A stretch of 27,755 nucleotides of DNA from an uncultured bacterium (GTDB lineage Bacteria > Hydrothermota > Tepidihabitantia > Tepidihabitantales > Tepidihabitantaceae). The notes under the pieces are model-generated. The model searched no databases and had not been told where the DNA came from. It worked only from the letters and a program-made list of their open reading frames with translations. This document shows positions 24,821 through 27,755 of this stretch, one piece after another. Within the stretch, counting starts at the first letter, position 1. Each line of letters starts with the position of its first letter. Location: the NCBI GenBank assembly GCA_964626085.1, contig CAZVCQ010000002.1, forward strand, positions 1 through 27,755, written 5' to 3'. The translations under genes and the position numbers were made by a program.

Positions 24821-26323
24821 GTGAAGCGTATGGTCGTCGTTGTGCTGCTGCTGGCGCTGGGAATTGCCGTGGCCTGGGGTCCGGACACCAGGCTGACAGA
24901 CAATTCCTATTCCGACAATACCTACTGGAGCTGCCAGCGCCGCGTCGCCGTGGACTCGGGAGGCCGAATCCACGTCATCTGGTACGTGATGAACTCCGGG
25001 CTCGGTACCTATCGGTTCCAGGTCTACTACAAGCGGTTCAATCCCGGCACGGGCTGGACCCAGGACACAATGCTCAGCGGGGACCTCTATGCCGACAGCA
25101 CCCACAACAAGTACCCGGCGATTGCGGTTGATTCGTCCGGCCTTGTCATCGCGGCCTGGGGCAGCGACACGTCGGAGAATGCCGACGCCTTCATCTACTA
25201 CAAGACCTGTCTGCCTGAGGGCTCAGGCAACGGCGGCTGGGACGCAACCTCGCGGCTCCTGTCCAGCTCGGGTCCTGACTTCACCCGCGAATGTCCCAAC
25301 CTTGCCGCGACGCCGGATGGTCACGTCCACGCGGTATGGAAGGAGGTCAAGCCGGGCGGCGGCATCTGCGTGGCCTATCGCGAGCTTATCGACACGGTCT
25401 GGCAGGCGCAGGCTGACCTCGAACTGAACTCCAACTACAAGGTCTACCCGGCAGTCGCGGGCGGGCCGGACAACAGCGTGCACGTGGTCTGGCACGGCCG
25501 CAGCGGCCCGAGCGGCTACTACAACGTCTGGTACAAGGCCCGGAACGACACGACGTGGGGAGCGATGGAGAACGTCTCTAACGGCGCCCGGCATCAGATG
25601 AATCCCTCAGTCACCGCAAACCCGGTGACGAGCGAACCGCACGTGCTCTGGCAGGGGCAGGACGCGAACGGGACCGGGCGAGCCATCCACGCGTATCGGA
25701 CCGCGGCCGGCTGGCAACCGCGCGACACGGTATCCGAGCCCGGCCTCGAATACGGGCAGGGCACCGGCCAGATTGCGTTCACTCCGGATGGGCTTGGCCA
25801 CGCGGTCTGGGAAGGCGAGAGCGATTCCTCTCCAACCGTCGGCCAGATTCGCTACAGCCGGCGGTCGGTCATGGGAACCTGGAGCGCGCCGGAGAACATC
25901 ACAGCGGCAACGAACACGCGCGAGCGCCCGTCCATAGCAAACGGCGGCAACTCCGCCTCGCCGTTCGACCTCCATCTTGTCTGGTCCGACTACCGCGACG
26001 GCAACTCGGAGATGTACTACAAGCATGATTCCATCGTCCTGGCCATCGGTGAGGGCGTGAGACCGGCGGTCTGGAACACGTGGCCCGCGGCGAGTCTTGT
26101 CCGCGGTGTGCTGGTACTGCGCGGGCTTGGGACACGATCCGGATTGTCGGACAATCCGGTCATGTCCCGCGCAGTGCTGCTGGACGCGGCGGGGCGGAAG
26201 GTCATAGAGCTTCATGCCGGTGCGAATGATGTGAGCCGGCTGGCTCCCGGCGTCTACTTCGTCCGGGCCGTCAGCCGTGAGCTGTCGGCTGTGAGCGGTC
26301 ACAAGGTCGTGATTCAGCGGTAG
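24821..26323 (+). CDS. Secreted beta-propeller protein (HVVW repeats, BNR/sialidase-like fold) with C-terminal sorting domain
   Basis: Repeats of P.IA.D..G..HVVW....YY....W; GTG start with GGAGG RBS; CTD. Confidence 0.85.
   Translation: MKRMVVVVLLLALGIAVAWGPDTRLTDNSYSDNTYWSCQRRVAVDSGGRIHVIWYVMNSGLGTYRFQVYYKRFNPGTGWTQDTMLSGDLYADSTHNKYPAIAVDSSGLVIAAWGSDTSENADAFIYYKTCLPEGSGNGGWDATSRLLSSSGPDFTRECPNLAATPDGHVHAVWKEVKPGGGICVAYRELIDTVWQAQADLELNSNYKVYPAVAGGPDNSVHVVWHGRSGPSGYYNVWYKARNDTTWGAMENVSNGARHQMNPSVTANPVTSEPHVLWQGQDANGTGRAIHAYRTAAGWQPRDTVSEPGLEYGQGTGQIAFTPDGLGHAVWEGESDSSPTVGQIRYSRRSVMGTWSAPENITAATNTRERPSIANGGNSASPFDLHLVWSDYRDGNSEMYYKHDSIVLAIGEGVRPAVWNTWPAASLVRGVLVLRGLGTRSGLSDNPVMSRAVLLDAAGRKVIELHAGANDVSRLAPGVYFVRAVSRELSAVSGHKVVIQR
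26123..26168 (+). repeat. Palindromic element inserted in frame within a CTD
   Basis: gggcttgggacacgatcc-ggattgtcggacaatcc-ggtcatgtccc, read as GLGTRSGLSDNPVMS. Confidence 0.8.
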
Positions 26324-26332
26324 GGAAGTGCC

Positions 26333-26929
26333 ATGAAGTCGAGACTTGTCCTGGTCGGGGTTAGTTGTCTTATGGCCGTGACTGTCCCGCGTGTTCAGGC
26401 GCAGGAAAGGTCGCGAGCGGAGGTGTATGCGCTTGAGGGGCTCGGCACATTGCCCGGCATCGCCGGATGCGGTTGTCTGGGAGTGGGCTTTGCGTTTGTG
26501 GGGGCGTGGATCTGGTGGGGGAACGACAACCCGGGTCAAAACTCGGGTGCGGGTGCGTATTCACTGGCGCTGGTCTCTGCCGCCGCCTTGCCGGCTGCCG
26601 CAGCATACGGTGCGGCCAAGGTCGGTGAAGGACTCAGCGAGGGCGGGTCGAGGGGCTGGGCCTTCGGCGGAGCATACGTTGGGGCGCTGGCACTCGGCGG
26701 CCTTGGTTTCTTCTTGCACCGTCAGGCGGTAGGAGCTTTCATCGGGTGGGCCGCCGGCTCAATGGTGGGAGCGGTGGTTGGCTACAACATCGGGATCAAG
26801 CATGACGTGTCGCCCTTCGGCTTCGACAGCAGGCTGCGGCCGCCGAGCGTGGCGCTGACGAGTGTCGAGCTGCCTGACCATTCGGTTGAGTATGGGGTGA
26901 AGGTCCAACTGGCCGGGCTGAGGTTCTGA
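26333..26929 (+). CDS. Hypothetical Gly/Ala-rich membrane protein
   Basis: Signal-like N-terminus, several glycine-zipper-like hydrophobic segments, and a C-terminal Phe. Confidence 0.75.
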   Translation: MKSRLVLVGVSCLMAVTVPRVQAQERSRAEVYALEGLGTLPGIAGCGCLGVGFAFVGAWIWWGNDNPGQNSGAGAYSLALVSAAALPAAAAYGAAKVGEGLSEGGSRGWAFGGAYVGALALGGLGFFLHRQAVGAFIGWAAGSMVGAVVGYNIGIKHDVSPFGFDSRLRPPSVALTSVELPDHSVEYGVKVQLAGLRF

Positions 26930-26941
26930 GTCCCGCCGGGC

Positions 26942-26970
26942 TTGACGTCAGGCAAGGAGGCGGCTAACAT
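26942..26970 (+). promoter_or_regulatory. Sigma70-type promoter for the TonB-dependent receptor gene
   Basis: TTGACG-17 bp-TAACAT. Confidence 0.6.
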
Positions 26971-26995
26971 AGGCAGTATCGATTAAACACCGTGT

Positions 26996-27755
26996 TTGTT
27001 CTCTAACCTCCTAACAATAGTCGCCCTGGTCGGACAGACCGGGCTGGTGCGTGGAACCATCGCGGATAGCGCTTCGGGCGTTGCCGTTCCGGGCGCGAAT
27101 GTCGTGTTGGTCGGCGCCGGCATCGGGGCATCGACCGGAGAGAATGGCGGGTTCGTGCTTGGTCCGGTCAAGGCTGGCCCGAGTCATCTCGTCGCCAGCC
27201 ACATCGCCTTCGAGCCGGAGACCGTCGCGGTCGCAGTTCCCGTCAACGGCGTGGCGCGGGTCGAGTTCAGGCTGCGGCCGAAGGTGATACCGGTGCCGGG
27301 CGTGAGCGTGAAGTCGCGGCGCGAGCGCGGCGAGCAGCAGGTGAGCGTCCGCGAAATCACTTCTGAGCAGTTGTCGCGGAACGCGGGCGGGTTCGTGCAG
27401 GACCCGGTGCGGTCGCTGAGCTTCCTGCCCGGGGTCGCGCCCAGCGCGCGGGGCGAGTGGAGCGGGACCTATGCGGTGCGGGGAGGGGAGACCGACGAGA
27501 GTTCTGTCTGGTTCGGCAACACTGAGCTGCTCTGGCCCTATCACCTGCTGGGGTTCTCGTCGGTGCTGAACCCGGACATCGTGGAGAAGATCTCTTTCTA
27601 TCCCAGCGTGTTCCCATCGCGTTATGGCGGCGCGCTGTCGAGCGTGGCTATCATGCAGCCGAAGCAGCTCGAGCGAGGGGAGGGATTCTGGGCCTATGAT
27701 CCGATGAACCTGAAGGGGGCGTACGTCGGGAACCTCGGAGACATCGACTTCCTCG
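26996..27755 (+). CDS. TonB-dependent receptor, N-terminal part (runs off the window; absent from the ORF track)
   Basis: TTG 26996 reads MFSNLLTIVALVGQTGLVRGTIADSASGVAVPGANVVLVG (carboxypeptidase-regulatory-like domain). The plug follows: DPVRSLSFLPGV...YAVRGG..DES...NPDIVEKISFY...FPSRYGGALSSV. Confidence 0.88.
   Translation, partial: MFSNLLTIVALVGQTGLVRGTIADSASGVAVPGANVVLVGAGIGASTGENGGFVLGPVKAGPSHLVASHIAFEPETVAVAVPVNGVARVEFRLRPKVIPVPGVSVKSRRERGEQQVSVREITSEQLSRNAGGFVQDPVRSLSFLPGVAPSARGEWSGTYAVRGGETDESSVWFGNTELLWPYHLLGFSSVLNPDIVEKISFYPSVFPSRYGGALSSVAIMQPKQLERGEGFWAYDPMNLKGAYVGNLGDIDFL

Noticed and set aside
1-27755. tRNA, rRNA, riboswitch (including TPP near the thiamine-binding gene), IS transposase or prophage genes
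   Set aside because: No recognisable motifs were seen. A covariance-model search was not possible, so weak ncRNAs cannot be excluded.

Overview
GC-rich bacterial chromosomal window. The style of its C-terminal sorting domains suggests candidate phylum WOR-3 or a related FCB-like lineage; this is an unverified inference. The left half (1-11.4 kb) is mostly housekeeping: the 3' end of uvrB, a four-helix-bundle gene flanked by inverted heptamer arrays, a UDG-superfamily gene, a DUF362/ferredoxin protein, acyl-CoA dehydrogenase, purB, an HtrA protease, an outer-membrane protein and a cNMP-binding protein. It ends with an iscS-iscU-glutaredoxin-FTR/rubredoxin-MTH1187 operon whose IscS lacks the PLP lysine. 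The middle (11.5-13.3 kb) is an unexplained module: 33 degenerate 12-bp units, an orphan XRE-HTH protein of 384 aa, and a pile-up of short repeats. The right half (13.5-26.3 kb) is a tight tandem array of eight secreted genes (mostly beta-propeller/repeat proteins, one minigene) ending in T9SS-like or FlgD-like C-terminal domains (CTDs). Stop codons are fused to the next gene's RBS at nearly every junction, two decayed CTD remnants are present, and the CTD loops are filled with 6/7/8-bp repeat arrays and palindromic elements that also occur outside the CTDs. The window ends in a partial TonB-dependent receptor. No rRNA, tRNA, CRISPR array, transposase, integrase or reverse transcriptase was recognised. 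All calls were made by eye, with no database searches.
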